Positions 50,014 to 62,750 are shown, numbered from the stretch's first letter. The stretch is DNA of 64,000 nucleotides from Gemmatimonadota bacterium (GCA_003221035.1 QHUB01000017.1:1298-65297); one strand, 5' to 3'. Made by a program: numbers and translations. Notes: generated by a model not told the origin, from the letters alone.

Positions 50014-50432
50014 TGCTTCCCACCTGGGTGGGCGTCGTCACCGCCATCAGCCTCGCCATCATCGCGCTCGCCACACTCGTCACCGCTGCCGCGGTGATCG
50101 CTGCCGCGCTCGGTATCCGCACGGCGGTGAAGGCATTGAAGGCGTTCGCGGGGCCCGCAATCGGGGACGTGCGCCAGCTCATCGCCGGGATCAAGACCGA
50201 AGCCGATGCGCTGGTGGGCAGCTCGCGCGACGTGCGGCAACGCATCGTCCGCGCGGTTGATGCCGCGGAGGACCGCCTCACCGATCTGGACACGCTGGCC
50301 GAGGTGATGCAACAGGAGCTGGAGGAGACGGCGCTGGATGCCGCCGCGACGATGCGCGACGTCCGGCGCGGACTGTCGGTGTGGCGCTGGAGCCGGAAGC
50401 TGCTCAAGCGGGGAGGCAAGAAGCGGCGGTGA
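50013..50432 (+). CDS. Small membrane-anchored coiled-coil protein (DUF948-like, tentative)
   Basis: 139 aa. ATG overlaps the upstream TGA. One N-terminal TM helix (VGVVTAISLAIIALATLV), then a helical acidic region. It forms the C-terminal end of an otherwise spurious 763-aa track ORF. Confidence 0.55.
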   Translation: MLPTWVGVVTAISLAIIALATLVTAAAVIAAALGIRTAVKALKAFAGPAIGDVRQLIAGIKTEADALVGSSRDVRQRIVRAVDAAEDRLTDLDTLAEVMQQELEETALDAAATMRDVRRGLSVWRWSRKLLKRGGKKRR

Positions 50433-51352
50433 AACGTCTCGGAGCCACCGTCCTGATCGCCGCCGTCGGGCTGGTGCTCTTCCCCGGCGTCGCTCATGCC
50501 TGGACGCCCGGCACGCACATCTTCCTCGGCGAATCGGTGCTCGCCAATCTGCATCAGCTTCCCACGCTCGTCGCCGACCTGCTGCGCGCGTTTCCCTACG
50601 ACTACCTCTACGGCAACATCGCCGCCGACACGTCGATGGCCAAGAAGTACGCGCCCGTGGGGCGGCATTGTCATGCCTGGCACGTCGGACAGGAGATCTT
50701 CGATCTCGCGCCCAGCGATCCGTTGCGCGCGTTCGGGCTCGGGTATCTCTCCCATCTCGCCGCCGACACCATCGCGCACAACTTCTTCGTCCCGCGCCAG
50801 CTCGTGCTCACATCGAGCACGGCGTCGCTGGGTCATTCCTACTGGGAGAGTCGCTTCGAGACGCATTTGGGTGACGCGTATGCCCGCGAAGCGCGGGACG
50901 TGATCCTGAAGGATCATACCGCGAGCGATACGCATCTCGACGAGATTCTGTCGCCCACGCTGTTCAGCACACGCACCAATCGCCGGCTGTTTCGGGGGAT
51001 GGTGCATCTCACCGAGAGCCAGAGCTGGCAGTGGGTATTTCAAGTGATCGCGGGCGCCAGCAGGTGGGATCTCGCCGATTCGGATATCGAACAGCACATG
51101 GCGGTGGCATTCGAATACGTCATGGAGACACTCGGCGCCGACGCCGCCGATGCGGCGGCGCGCCGGCTCGATCCGGCGGGTGAGAAAGCGCTGGGCCTGG
51201 CGAAACGGATGCGGCGCCAGGCGCTCCGCGAAGGCGGACGCCATGAGCCTGAGCGCGTCGAAGAAACGGCCGCACAGCATTTCGGATTGCCGAAGCCGGC
51301 GCTGGACTACTGGACGCAATCGACGTCGCAGCGTCCCTGGCGGGAAGGTTAG
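50429..51352 (+). CDS. Zinc-dependent phospholipase C-family protein
   Basis: GTG start in a GTGA overlap. Signal peptide, ..WTPGTHIFLG.., ..YLYGNIAAD.., ..GYLSHLAADTIAHN.. Confidence 0.7.
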   Translation: MKRLGATVLIAAVGLVLFPGVAHAWTPGTHIFLGESVLANLHQLPTLVADLLRAFPYDYLYGNIAADTSMAKKYAPVGRHCHAWHVGQEIFDLAPSDPLRAFGLGYLSHLAADTIAHNFFVPRQLVLTSSTASLGHSYWESRFETHLGDAYAREARDVILKDHTASDTHLDEILSPTLFSTRTNRRLFRGMVHLTESQSWQWVFQVIAGASRWDLADSDIEQHMAVAFEYVMETLGADAADAAARRLDPAGEKALGLAKRMRRQALREGGRHEPERVEETAAQHFGLPKPALDYWTQSTSQRPWREG

Positions 51353-52779
51353 GCCGAGAGCTTCTCCTCGAGCACGCGCTGGGCGAGTTTCGGATCGGCT
51401 TTCCCTTTGGACGCCCGCATGACCTGCCCGACAAAAAACGCCATCAGCTTGGTCTCGCCGTTCTTGTAGCGGCCGACCTCGGGTGCGTGGGCGCCCAGCA
51501 CGTCGCTCACCCAGGCGGCCAGGACGTTCGTATCCGCCACCAGCACCAGTCCCAGGGACTCCGCGATCGTGCGCGGATCCCCGCCCTTGCTCGCCACCTC
51601 GGCGAACACGCGTTTCGCCGCCTGATTGCTCAGGGTTCCACCTTTGACGAGGGCGATGATCTGCGCGAGCGCCGCCGGCGATACGCGCAGCTGCTCCTGA
51701 TGGTCCTTCGCATCCGCGAGTGCTTCGGTCATCACCCAGTTCGCGGCGGACTGCGGCTCGGCGGGCGCGCGCACGACGTGCTCGTAATACTCCGCGACCG
51801 CCCGGCTCGCGGTGAGCACGGTCGCGTGCTCGCGCGACAGCGCATACTGCGCCATGAAACGCTCGCGCTTCTGTCCCGGCAGCTCCGGCAACTCGCTCTG
51901 CTGTTCCGCCACGAATTCCGGCGTGAGCACGAGCGGCGGCAGATCCGGCTCCGGGAAGTAGCGATAGTCGTGACTTTCTTCCTTTGAGCGCTGCGGGCGG
52001 ACGGTGCTCTCCTTCGCATCGTACAGCATCGTCTGTTGGCTCACGCTGCCGCCCGATTCGACGAGAGCGATTTGCCGGTCGCGCTCGACGCCGAGCGCTT
52101 TCTCGACGAAGGAGAATGCATTGATGTTCTTCACCTCGGTGCGCGTGTTGAGCGCCGTCTCGCCGGCACGCCGGATCGAGACGTTCGCATCGACGCGCAG
52201 GCTGCCCTTCTCCATGTCGCAGTCGGAGATGCCGATGTACTCGAGCAGCTGCTTCAACGTCTGCAGATAGGCGCGTGCCTCCGCCGGCGAGCGCAGGTCG
52301 GGCCCGCCGACGATTTCGATCAGCGGGACACCCGAACGGTTGAGATCGACCGCCGTCGCCTTGGGGAACCGGTCGTGAATGGATTTGCCCGCGTCCTCCT
52401 CGAGATGCAGCCGCACGATCGTGGCAGTCACTGCGCCACGCTCGGGCGAGAGGAATGACAAGCTCCCTTGCGTCGCAAGCGGCTGATCGAACTGCGAGAT
52501 CTGATATCCCTTCGGCAGATCCGGATAGAAATAGTTTTTGCGCGCAAAGATGCTCTTGGGATGCACGGTGCATCCCAGCGCGAGCGCGCCGCGGACGGCA
52601 AGACCGATCGCCGCGCCATTCGCCACGGGGAGCGCGCCGGGCAATCCCAGGCACACGGGACAGACTTGCGTATTGGGCGGCGCGCCGAAGGACGTCGAGC
52701 AGCCGCAGAACATCTTGGAGCGCGTGCGGAGCTGCACGTGTGTCTCGAGCCCGATCACCGTTTCCCACGCCTGGCTCAT
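51349..52779 (-). CDS. gatB: Asp/Glu-tRNA(Asn/Gln) amidotransferase subunit B
   Basis: 476 aa from ATG 52779 (ATGA overlap with gatA). ..IGLETHVQL...KMFCGC.., ..DLNRSGVPLIEIV.. Confidence 0.95.
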   Translation of the reverse strand: MSQAWETVIGLETHVQLRTRSKMFCGCSTSFGAPPNTQVCPVCLGLPGALPVANGAAIGLAVRGALALGCTVHPKSIFARKNYFYPDLPKGYQISQFDQPLATQGSLSFLSPERGAVTATIVRLHLEEDAGKSIHDRFPKATAVDLNRSGVPLIEIVGGPDLRSPAEARAYLQTLKQLLEYIGISDCDMEKGSLRVDANVSIRRAGETALNTRTEVKNINAFSFVEKALGVERDRQIALVESGGSVSQQTMLYDAKESTVRPQRSKEESHDYRYFPEPDLPPLVLTPEFVAEQQSELPELPGQKRERFMAQYALSREHATVLTASRAVAEYYEHVVRAPAEPQSAANWVMTEALADAKDHQEQLRVSPAALAQIIALVKGGTLSNQAAKRVFAEVASKGGDPRTIAESLGLVLVADTNVLAAWVSDVLGAHAPEVGRYKNGETKLMAFFVGQVMRASKGKADPKLAQRVLEEKLSA

Positions 52780-54143
52780 GCTTCGTCCGTCGCGGGCACG
52801 ACCCGTTCCAGCGCGTAGGCCGCTTCGATCATCTCGTCTTCGAGAAACGCTTGACCGATCAGCTGGCCCCCGATCGGCAGTCCTTTGACCCGCCCGATCG
52901 GCAGCGACATCGCGGGAAGTCCGGCGAGATTCGCGGTCACGGTGAAAATGTCGGACATGTACATCGCGATCGGATCCGAGAGCTTCTCCCCCGCCTTGAA
53001 CGCCGGTGCGGGCACCGTCGGGGTGAACAGCAGGTCCACGCCGCGATCGAATGCGTTCCGGAAATCCTGCGCAATCAACGCGCGCATCTGCTGCGCCCGG
53101 CGGTAGTAGGCGTCGTAGTAGCCGGCCGAGAGGACGTACGTCCCAACCAGAATCCGCCGCCGCACTTCGGGTCCGAACCCCTGACCGCGCGTCGTCCGGT
53201 AGAGCGCATGCAGATCCTGATGCCCATCGAAGCGCGGTCCGTACCGCACCCCGTCGTAGCGCGCCAGGTTGGACGACGCCTCGGCCGGGGCGATCACGTA
53301 GTAGGTCGGCACGGCGTAGGGCGTGTGCGGCAACGACACCTCGCGTACCGCCGCGCCCAGCTCCTTCATCATCCGAATGGCGCGATCGCACGCCCGCTTT
53401 ACGGCCGGATCGAGCTCGGCCGGGAAGTATTCCTTGGGAAGGCCGATCACGAAGCCCTGCAAGGACTCCGGGACCGTGGGCAGGCGCAGCGGATCGCGAT
53501 CCTCGCACGTCGAATCCCTGGCATCGCGCCCGCTGATGACCGACAGCACGCGCGCCGCGTCATGGACGCTGCGGCCGAGCACACCGATCTGGTCGAGCGA
53601 CGAACCGAACGCGACGAGCCCGTAGCGACTGACGCGGCCGTACGTTGGCTTCATGCCCACGACGCCGCAGAACGCCGCGGGCTGGCGCACCGAGCCCCCG
53701 GTATCCGAACCGAGCGCCGCGGGCACCGCCCCGGCGGCGACCAGCGCCGCCGAGCCACCCGACGAGCCGCCGGGCACGCGCGCCTTGTCGAGCGGATGGA
53801 TCACGCGGCCGTACGCGGAATGCTCGGTCGACGACCCCATGGCGAATTCATCGCAATTGGTCTTGCCCGCGATGAGCGCTCCCGCGGCCTTCAACTTCGT
53901 GATCGCGGTCGCCTCATAGGGCGATTGATATCCTTCGAGGATTTTCGAACCGCACGTCGTCGTGAATTCGAGCGTGCAGATGTTGTCCTTCACGGCGACC
54001 GGCATGCCGTACAAGACACCGGTCGTCCGCGCGGCCTCAGCCTGCGCGAGCAGCGATTTGCGGAGATCCTTGGCGGGCGTGAGCAGCGCATTGAGGCGCT
54101 TCGCTTTGATCAGGCGGTCGGCGACCGCGCGCGCGTCACTCAC
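52776..54143 (-). CDS. gatA: Glutamyl-tRNA(Gln) amidotransferase subunit A
   Basis: 455 aa with the amidase signature ..GGSSGGSAALVAAG.. and ..VAVKDNICT.. Confidence 0.95.
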   Translation of the reverse strand: MSDARAVADRLIKAKRLNALLTPAKDLRKSLLAQAEAARTTGVLYGMPVAVKDNICTLEFTTTCGSKILEGYQSPYEATAITKLKAAGALIAGKTNCDEFAMGSSTEHSAYGRVIHPLDKARVPGGSSGGSAALVAAGAVPAALGSDTGGSVRQPAAFCGVVGMKPTYGRVSRYGLVAFGSSLDQIGVLGRSVHDAARVLSVISGRDARDSTCEDRDPLRLPTVPESLQGFVIGLPKEYFPAELDPAVKRACDRAIRMMKELGAAVREVSLPHTPYAVPTYYVIAPAEASSNLARYDGVRYGPRFDGHQDLHALYRTTRGQGFGPEVRRRILVGTYVLSAGYYDAYYRRAQQMRALIAQDFRNAFDRGVDLLFTPTVPAPAFKAGEKLSDPIAMYMSDIFTVTANLAGLPAMSLPIGRVKGLPIGGQLIGQAFLEDEMIEAAYALERVVPATDEA

Positions 54144-54429
54144 TCGAACTGACCGAGCTTCGGTACGACGAAGAAGCCCTCCTTGAAGGCCGGCGCAAAC
54201 TGCGCCGGCCCGAACATGAGCGGAGACGGCGCGACTTCGTCGGGCCGGAATCGCATCGCATCCGGACCCGGGACGAACGTCTTCACCGTGCCGTTGGTGG
54301 GAATGGCGCTGAGCTGGGCGACGTAGTCGAGAATGCGCGACATCTGCTCCGCGATCTCCGGCAGCGCATCGTCATCCACGTCGAGCTCGGCGAGCTGCGC
54401 AATTCGCAGCACCTCGTCGCGTGAGACAC

Positions 54430-54433
<4 letters not shown>
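54140..54433 (-). CDS. gatC: Asp/Glu-tRNA amidotransferase subunit C
   Basis: 97 aa from ATG 54433. ..VLRIAQLAELDV.., in the gatCAB order. Confidence 0.85.
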
Positions 54434-56684
<2,251 letters not shown>

Positions 56685-56688
<4 letters not shown>

Positions 56689-57869
56689 TTCAGCGGGAAC
56701 TCCAAGACAAAAACCGACCCCCGACCATCCGAACCCGGCCGAAACGAGACGCGCCCATCGTGCTGTTGCTCCACGATGCGGCGCGCGAGCGCGAGACCGA
56801 TCCCCCATCCACCGGTCTTGCTGCTGACGCCCGGCTCGAACAGCTGGCGTTGCATGTCCGGCGCGACGCCGGGGCCGTCGTCACGGACGTTGAGCAGCCC
56901 TGTCGATTCCGTGGCTTCCACCTCGACGTCGATCCGACCGCCCCGGCCGCTCAACGCATCGACGGCATTTTTGACGATCACCTCCAGCGCCCATTCGATC
57001 AGCACTGGATCACCCATTACCGTCGGACCGGCAGCCGGTGATCGAATCGCGATCGTCACCGAATGCGCCAGCGTAGGAAGGCGTGGCCGGAAGTAGCCAA
57101 CGACGCGCTCGGCCACGGTGCCCAATCCCACAGCTTCGCGCCGTGCGGGCCGCCCGATCCGCTCGAACCGCCGGGCGACGCGCCCCAGACGCTCCGCGTC
57201 CGCTTCAAGATGTGGTACCAGCTCGCTGCCGGGTGTACCCGGATTCTCCCGGAGATAATCAATCCAGCCCGTGAGACTCATCAGCGGCGTTCCGAGCTGA
57301 TGAGCCGACTCTCGCGCCATCGCGACCCACAGGCGGTCGCGCGCCGCGCTCACGCGCTCGCGCATCGCCGAGAGGGCCAGGAGCACCAAACTCAGGAACA
57401 TCGCTCCCTGCAGCACGGCGAGGCCTGTGAACGCGCGCGCCGTCGGCAGCGCGCCGTAATGAATCGTGCCGACCCCCGGCTGGCTCAGCGGCGCGTGGAT
57501 GCGGTCCAGCTCGGCGATCCAATTGCGCCGCGTGCCCTCGCCGGCGTCCGGACCGAAGGGCGCGTTGTCGAGGGCCGTGATGCGGCCCGCCGTGTCGGTG
57601 ACCGCCAGCGGAATGCCGAGGTGCCGGACTTCATCGGCGAGCCCGAGGAGCGCATCGGCGGCGGCGCCCTCACGCGGATCGTTCAATCCGGCAAAGACGT
57701 GCCCCAGCAAGCGGCTGGTCTCGCGCGCGTCGTTGCGGAGATGGCGCGCCACGATCCAGGCGTACCCGACCGAGAGCACGCCGAACAGCAGCGCGGCGAA
57801 CACGAGGACGGGTGGACCGGCGCGCCGCAGCGCGCCTGTCCTCTCAGGCGATTCGATCGGTGCCGACAT
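56685..57869 (-). CDS. Sensor histidine kinase (2 TM, HisKA plus HATPase_c)
   Basis: 394 aa. H-box ..ESAHQLGTPLMSL.., N-box ..IVKNAVDA.., G-boxes ..DDGPGV.. and ..GGWGIGLALA.. Confidence 0.85.
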
Positions 57870-59100
57870 AGGGCACCAATGCCGGCGGAAGGGTCACGGA
57901 GCCGTCCGGCTGCTGATGAGTCTCGAGCAATGCCGCGATCGTGCGCGGCAGCGCCACGCCCGAGGCGTTCAACGTGTGCACAAACTCCGGCTTCTCGCCG
58001 GGGCGCGGCCGACACCGGATGTTGGCGCGGCGAGCCTGGTAGTCGGTGAACGTGCTGGAGCTCGACACCTCGAGCCATTGCCCGACGCCCGGCGCCCACA
58101 CCTCGAGGTCATAGGTCTTGGCGGCGGCAAATCCGAAGTCGTTTGCGGGCAGCAGCGCCACACGGTAGGGCAGCTCGAGCCGGCGCAGCACCTCTTCGGC
58201 ATGTCCCGTGAGCTGCTCGTGCTCGGCGGCCGACTCGGCGGCGCGACTGAAGCGCACCAGCTCGACCTTGTCGAACTGGTGGACGCGCAACAACCCGCGC
58301 GTGTCCTTGCCTGCGGCCCCCGCCTCGCGGCGGAAGCACGGCGTATACGCGACGTAGCCGAACGGCAACGCGCGATCGATGATTTCGTCGCGGTGCAGAT
58401 TCGTCACCGGCACTTCCGCGGTCGGAATCAAGAACAGGTCATCGGTACCGAGCCGGTACATGTCGTCTTCGAACTTGGGCAGCTGGCCCGTGCCCGTCAT
58501 CACGTCGCGCCGCACGAGCAGCGGCGGCTCGACCTCGACGTAGCCGTGCTCGCGCGTGTGCAGATCGAGCATGAAGTTGATCAGCCCGCGTGCGAGACGC
58601 GCGCCCATCCCCACCAGCACCGGAAATCCCGAGCCGGACAGCTTCGCGCCGCGCGGCAGATCCACAATCCCCAACGTCTCCGCAATCTCCCAGTGCGGCT
58701 TGCCGCCCTTCGGCGCCGGCGTACCCCAGCTCCGCAGGTTCGTCTGCTCATCCGGAACGTCGGGCAGCGGAAGGTTCGGCACGAACAGCGCCTTGGCCTC
58801 GAGTGTCGTCTCGATCTGGCGCAGCTCGGATTCGAATCCGGTGATCCGCTCGCCGAGCTTCCGGCGCTCGGCGACGATGGTCGCCGCCAAGCCGCCCTGC
58901 GATTTCGCGGCAATCGCGTCAGCCTTCGCGGCATCGTTGCGCTCGGCCTTCAACGTGTCGAGCTGCGCGGTCAACGTGCGCCGCTTCATGTCGAGCGCTT
59001 CGATTTCATCGAGCAGGCGCGTCAACGACGCGTCGCCGCGGCGGGCGAGCGCCGAGCGCACCTGACCGGGGGAGGCGCGCAGCAACTTCAGATCGATCAC
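57844..59100 (-). CDS. serS: Seryl-tRNA synthetase
   Basis: 418 aa. MIDLKLLR.. coiled-coil arm, then class II motifs (..FRREAG.., ..GSGFPV..). Confidence 0.95.
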   Translation of the reverse strand: MIDLKLLRASPGQVRSALARRGDASLTRLLDEIEALDMKRRTLTAQLDTLKAERNDAAKADAIAAKSQGGLAATIVAERRKLGERITGFESELRQIETTLEAKALFVPNLPLPDVPDEQTNLRSWGTPAPKGGKPHWEIAETLGIVDLPRGAKLSGSGFPVLVGMGARLARGLINFMLDLHTREHGYVEVEPPLLVRRDVMTGTGQLPKFEDDMYRLGTDDLFLIPTAEVPVTNLHRDEIIDRALPFGYVAYTPCFRREAGAAGKDTRGLLRVHQFDKVELVRFSRAAESAAEHEQLTGHAEEVLRRLELPYRVALLPANDFGFAAAKTYDLEVWAPGVGQWLEVSSSSTFTDYQARRANIRCRPRPGEKPEFVHTLNASGVALPRTIAALLETHQQPDGSVTLPPALVPYVGTDRIA

Positions 59101-59103
59101 GGC

Positions 59104-59682
59104 TTAGTGCTTCGGCAGGCCTGGGTCGAGCCCGCGATAGCCGCAGTTGACGTTGGCGAGGATTTCGAAATCGATCCGACGGCCGTAGAGACCGGTCGTC
59201 GTGTCGATGGCGGCGGTCGTGTCGATCTTGAGGATGTGCATCTTGGCGTAGTACGCGGCAGGCAGCGAGAAGCTGCAGGTCGTCGGGATCGACTGCCCCA
59301 TCACGACGTCGTTCTCATGCACCACCGTGGCGCTGTCCTTGTTGTAATTCGCGAGCAGCGCCGTGTGGATCGAATCGAACGGCACGGGGACGATCTGCAA
59401 TCCCGAGTTCCGGCCCATCTTCACTGCGCCCGTCGGGAGAAATATGGCTCGTCCGGCGGTGTCGATATCGAATACGAAATCGAACAACGGATACACGTCC
59501 GTACGCACCACCAACCGTCCCGAGATCACGTACCCGGACGGCAGGGTGACCGGGGTGCCGCTCAGCGCGTACAGGTGCACCGTGTCGACCGTGTTTGCAA
59601 TGAACGCGGGAGGCAGCCCAAGTGGGCTCCCGCAGGATGCCAGGATGGCACAGACGAACATGAGCAGAAAGAAGTAACGCAT
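59104..59682 (-). CDS. Hypothetical lipoprotein
   Basis: 192 aa. MRYFFLLMFVCAILASCG lipobox. Visibly less GC-rich codon usage than its neighbours. Confidence 0.6.
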   Translation of the reverse strand: MRYFFLLMFVCAILASCGSPLGLPPAFIANTVDTVHLYALSGTPVTLPSGYVISGRLVVRTDVYPLFDFVFDIDTAGRAIFLPTGAVKMGRNSGLQIVPVPFDSIHTALLANYNKDSATVVHENDVVMGQSIPTTCSFSLPAAYYAKMHILKIDTTAAIDTTTGLYGRRIDFEILANVNCGYRGLDPGLPKH

Positions 59683-59738
59683 TGAGTGTTGGAGAACTTA
59701 CAGGGCGCCCGCCAAGTGGGTCAACCCATAGTCGCTGC

Positions 59739-59767
59739 TTGACTTCGACTTCCCGGAAACCTACGTT
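59739..59767 (+). promoter_or_regulatory. Candidate sigma70-type promoter (TTGACT-17 nt-TACGTT) for the Roadblock operon; near-leaderless
   Basis: TTGACT at 59739..59744, a 17-nt spacer, TACGTT at 59762..59767, and the ATG at 59779 with no Shine-Dalgarno sequence between. Confidence 0.3.
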
Positions 59768-59778
59768 GGCCCGCGCGT

Positions 59779-60132
59779 ATGGCGACCATCCGCAATGTCG
59801 TGGAGGCGCTCAGCCGTTCGAACGGCGTGGACGCCGTGGTAGTGGTGGGCCGCGATGGGCTGCCCATCGACTCGCGCGTTGCCAATGGCGTCGACGCCGA
59901 CACCGTCGCGGCAGTTCTGCCGACCGTGATCAGACACATGTCGCAACTCGGAGATGCCGGTGGCCGCGGCGACTTTACGACCGCCGTCCTGGAATTCGGC
60001 AAGGGGCTCGCCATCGTGGCGGTGCTCCACGCCGATGCGCTCCTCATCGTGCTGGTGCAGCCGGCGACGAACGTAGGCGCCCTCCTGTTCGATCTGCGCC
60101 GTCACCGCGCAGCCATCGCCGGTCTGTTGTAA
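59779..60132 (+). CDS. Roadblock/LC7 (MglB-like) domain protein
   Basis: 117 aa. ..GVDAVVVVGRDGLPI.. pattern typical of Roadblock/LC7. Confidence 0.8.
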   Translation: MATIRNVVEALSRSNGVDAVVVVGRDGLPIDSRVANGVDADTVAAVLPTVIRHMSQLGDAGGRGDFTTAVLEFGKGLAIVAVLHADALLIVLVQPATNVGALLFDLRRHRAAIAGLL

Positions 60133-60148
60133 AGCGGGACGGCGGCCG

Positions 60149-60565
60149 GTGGCCAACTCCGCACGACACCTTCTGGTGGTGGACGACGAGCCCCATATCG
60201 GACTCGTCTTGCGTCCGTTTCTCGAGCAGCTCGGCTACAGCGTGAGCATCGCCAAGACGCTCGACGAGGCCCGCAGCGCGCTCAAGGCCAAGCCCCCGGA
60301 TGGCTTGCTGCTCGATCTTCACCTGCCCGACGGCTCGGGTCTCGACTTTCTGCGCGATTTGCGAAACCAGGGCCGCACGTCCCGCCTTCCGGTCCTCGTC
60401 CTGACCGCGGAAGGCGAGGACCGGATCCTCCGTGAAGCCCGCCGGCTCGGCGCCGCGCTCGTCACGAAGCCGTTCAGTCCGACGAAGCTCACGCAACGTA
60501 TCGCGTTGATGTTCGGCGATGCGCACCCGGACGCGGGTCCCGGGAGCGCCGGGAGCGCCTCGTGA
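60149..60565 (+). CDS. Response regulator, receiver domain only (CheY-like)
   Basis: 138 aa, GTG start. LLVVDDEP.., ..LLLDLHLPDGSG.., ..VTKPF.. Confidence 0.85.
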   Translation: MANSARHLLVVDDEPHIGLVLRPFLEQLGYSVSIAKTLDEARSALKAKPPDGLLLDLHLPDGSGLDFLRDLRNQGRTSRLPVLVLTAEGEDRILREARRLGAALVTKPFSPTKLTQRIALMFGDAHPDAGPGSAGSAS

Positions 60566-61572
60566 GCACGTGGGCCGCGATCCTCGCGGGCGGATCGGGC
60601 ACCCGGTTTTGGCCGCTGTCCACGCCGGAACGGCCCAAACAGTTCCTGCCGCTCACGGGCGACCAACCGCTGCTCGCGCAGGCCGTCGCGCGGCTGCACG
60701 GCCTTGTGCCGCCCGAGCGCATCCTCATTCTCACCGGGCCGACGCTGGTCGAGCGCGTGGCGGGCACCGTGCCCGCAGTTCCCCTTGCCAACATCTTCGC
60801 CGAGCCACGCGCGGCATCTACGGCCCCCGCGCTGGCGTGGGCCGCCCACTGGATCGCCAAGCACGACCCCGGCGGACAGATGCTCTCATTGCACGCCGAC
60901 TGGTCGGTGGGCGACGACCGCGCGTTCCGCGCCGCCGCGACCCACGCGCTGAGCGTCGCCGCCGAACAGGATGTCCTGGTCACCGTCGGCGTGAAACCGA
61001 CACGGAATGAGACGGCCTATGGTTACATCGTGCCCGGCAAACCCCTCGGCAGCGCGCGCCGCGTGAAAACGTTCGTCGAAAAGCCGAGTGCGGCGCGGGC
61101 CGCCCTGTTGCGGCGGCGCGGCGCGCTCTGGAACAGCGGGCTGTTTGCATGGAGCGCGGCTCGGTTTCTTGGCGAGGCGGGCGCCTATGCCGAGGAGCTC
61201 GCGCCGGGCTGGAGCGCGCTCACGAACGGCGATGCGGAGCGGTTTTTCGCGGCGGTGAAGCCGGTGGCCGTCGATGTCGCCGTGCTCGAGCGCACGACGC
61301 GCCTGGGGGTCGTGACCGGAACGTTCGCCTGGGACGACATCGGCTCCTGGGATGCCCTGCTGAGGATCCGCCGCCGCGATGCGCGCGGAAACGTCACCGT
61401 GGGGAACGTGACGCTGGGCAAGGATGTAAAGGACTCCGTGATCTGGGCGGAGAACGAAGATCTCGCGGTCGCCGGTGTGCAGGGCATGGTCGTCGTGCGC
61501 GCCAATGGGCACACGCTGGTGATGCCCACCGGGCAGCCCGAAAAGCTGAAGGCCCTGGTGCAGAACCGATGA
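60562..61572 (+). CDS. Mannose-1-phosphate guanylyltransferase-like nucleotidyltransferase
   Basis: 336 aa, GTGA overlap with the upstream stop. ..ILAGGSGTRFWPLS...PKQFL.. Confidence 0.85.
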   Translation: MSTWAAILAGGSGTRFWPLSTPERPKQFLPLTGDQPLLAQAVARLHGLVPPERILILTGPTLVERVAGTVPAVPLANIFAEPRAASTAPALAWAAHWIAKHDPGGQMLSLHADWSVGDDRAFRAAATHALSVAAEQDVLVTVGVKPTRNETAYGYIVPGKPLGSARRVKTFVEKPSAARAALLRRRGALWNSGLFAWSAARFLGEAGAYAEELAPGWSALTNGDAERFFAAVKPVAVDVAVLERTTRLGVVTGTFAWDDIGSWDALLRIRRRDARGNVTVGNVTLGKDVKDSVIWAENEDLAVAGVQGMVVVRANGHTLVMPTGQPEKLKALVQNR

Positions 61573-62750
61573 CGCACGCGCTCTATCTGCTCGATCCGGA
61601 TCCGACGCCCGCTTGGGCGCCGTTCGCGGGCATCCGGCCCCTGTGCGAGCTCCGCGCCGGCGCGCACCTGGTCCGCGAGCGGTGGGAAACATTCGTGGGC
61701 ACGGAGGCGACGGGGATCTTTGCGCTCCCCCATCTCGCCGGCTTTCCAGAGGCCGGGGTGCCGGCGGTGGAGGCCCGCCGCGCGGTGCAAGGACCGGCCG
61801 TGATCGGCTCGTCCACGTTCGCACCCCGCGGACTCGCCAGCCAGCTCCCGGACGCGCCCGCGCGCCTGATCCATGATGGCATCACCGTTGGATGGGCGGT
61901 GCCCGCGGGACAAACCTGGACCGGTCCCGTGGGCAATGCGCAGGCCGTGAACGTGGAAGGGGTTCTGCTGCGCGGCGTGCACGACCTCGTAAGCGCGCTC
62001 GATCAGTTGCTCCGCGAAGACGCGATCCGGTTACTCGGCGATTCCGACGCGGTGCCGAAAGGATCGATCGTGGTCGGCGATTCTGCATGGGTTTCCGTGC
62101 GTGAGGCGATGATCGAGCCCGGAGTGATCTTCGATACGCGCAACGGTCCCGTCGTTCTGGAAAGCGGGGTCGAGGTCCGCTCGGGTACCCGGCTCGAGGG
62201 GCCGCTCTGGGTGGGCGCCAACACCCGCCTGGTTGGAGGTCCGATCCGGAACTCGGCGGTCGGGCCCTGGTGCGTAGTGCGGGGCGAGCTGTCCACGACG
62301 ACGATGCTGGGCTACGCCAACAAGAGCCACGACGGCTTCGTCGGCCATTCCGTGCTGGGACGCTGGGTCAATCTCGGGGCGGGCACCATCACATCCAATC
62401 TCAAGAGCACGTATGGACCCGTGCGTCTGCACGTCAACGGTGCGGACTTGGAAACCGGACACCAGTTCCTGGGTAGTCTAATCGGCGACCACGCGAAGAC
62501 GGCCATCGGAACCCTGCTCGATACCGGGTCGGTCGTCGGAGCCGGCGCCAATGTGTTCGACGGGTTGCGTCCACCGAAATACGTCCCACCCTTCGCCTGG
62601 GGAGGTGCCGGATCCGAGCGGATGACGCAGCAGAAGTTCTTGGAGATCGTCGAGCGCGTACTTCCCCGGCGCAACGTCGAGGTTACCGACCCGATGCGAT
62701 CGTATCTGCGGCGATCGTTCGAGTGGTTGACCCGTCCGCCCCGTCCGTGA
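61569..62750 (+). CDS. Putative sugar nucleotidyltransferase with C-terminal left-handed beta-helix (NTP_transf_4 / alternative GlmU-like)
   Basis: 393 aa from ATG 61569 (ATGA overlap). ..FAGIRPLCELRAGAHLVRERWE.. and hexapeptide-like ..VGHSVLGRWVNLGAGTITSNL.. Confidence 0.7.
   Translation: MTHALYLLDPDPTPAWAPFAGIRPLCELRAGAHLVRERWETFVGTEATGIFALPHLAGFPEAGVPAVEARRAVQGPAVIGSSTFAPRGLASQLPDAPARLIHDGITVGWAVPAGQTWTGPVGNAQAVNVEGVLLRGVHDLVSALDQLLREDAIRLLGDSDAVPKGSIVVGDSAWVSVREAMIEPGVIFDTRNGPVVLESGVEVRSGTRLEGPLWVGANTRLVGGPIRNSAVGPWCVVRGELSTTTMLGYANKSHDGFVGHSVLGRWVNLGAGTITSNLKSTYGPVRLHVNGADLETGHQFLGSLIGDHAKTAIGTLLDTGSVVGAGANVFDGLRPPKYVPPFAWGGAGSERMTQQKFLEIVERVLPRRNVEVTDPMRSYLRRSFEWLTRPPRP

Noticed and set aside
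48141-50432. 763-aa plus-strand ORF
   Set aside because: The first ~620 aa are Arg/Pro/Ala-rich noise antisense to murA, out of frame with the antiporter-like gene. Only the last 139 codons (50013..50432, with their own ATG coupled to the upstream stop) look like a real protein.
50006-52768. 920-aa minus-strand ORF
   Set aside because: It is antisense to three plus-strand genes and out of frame with gatB. Its composition is Arg-rich and motif-free.
59101-59103. T-box or other leader upstream of serS, and an FMN riboswitch near ribF
   Set aside because: Both genes are separated from their upstream neighbours by only 3-8 nt, which leaves no room for a leader RNA.
57466-59685. 739-aa plus-strand ORF
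   Set aside because: It is antisense to serS and the lipoprotein gene, with no motifs. SerS class II motifs are clear on the minus strand.
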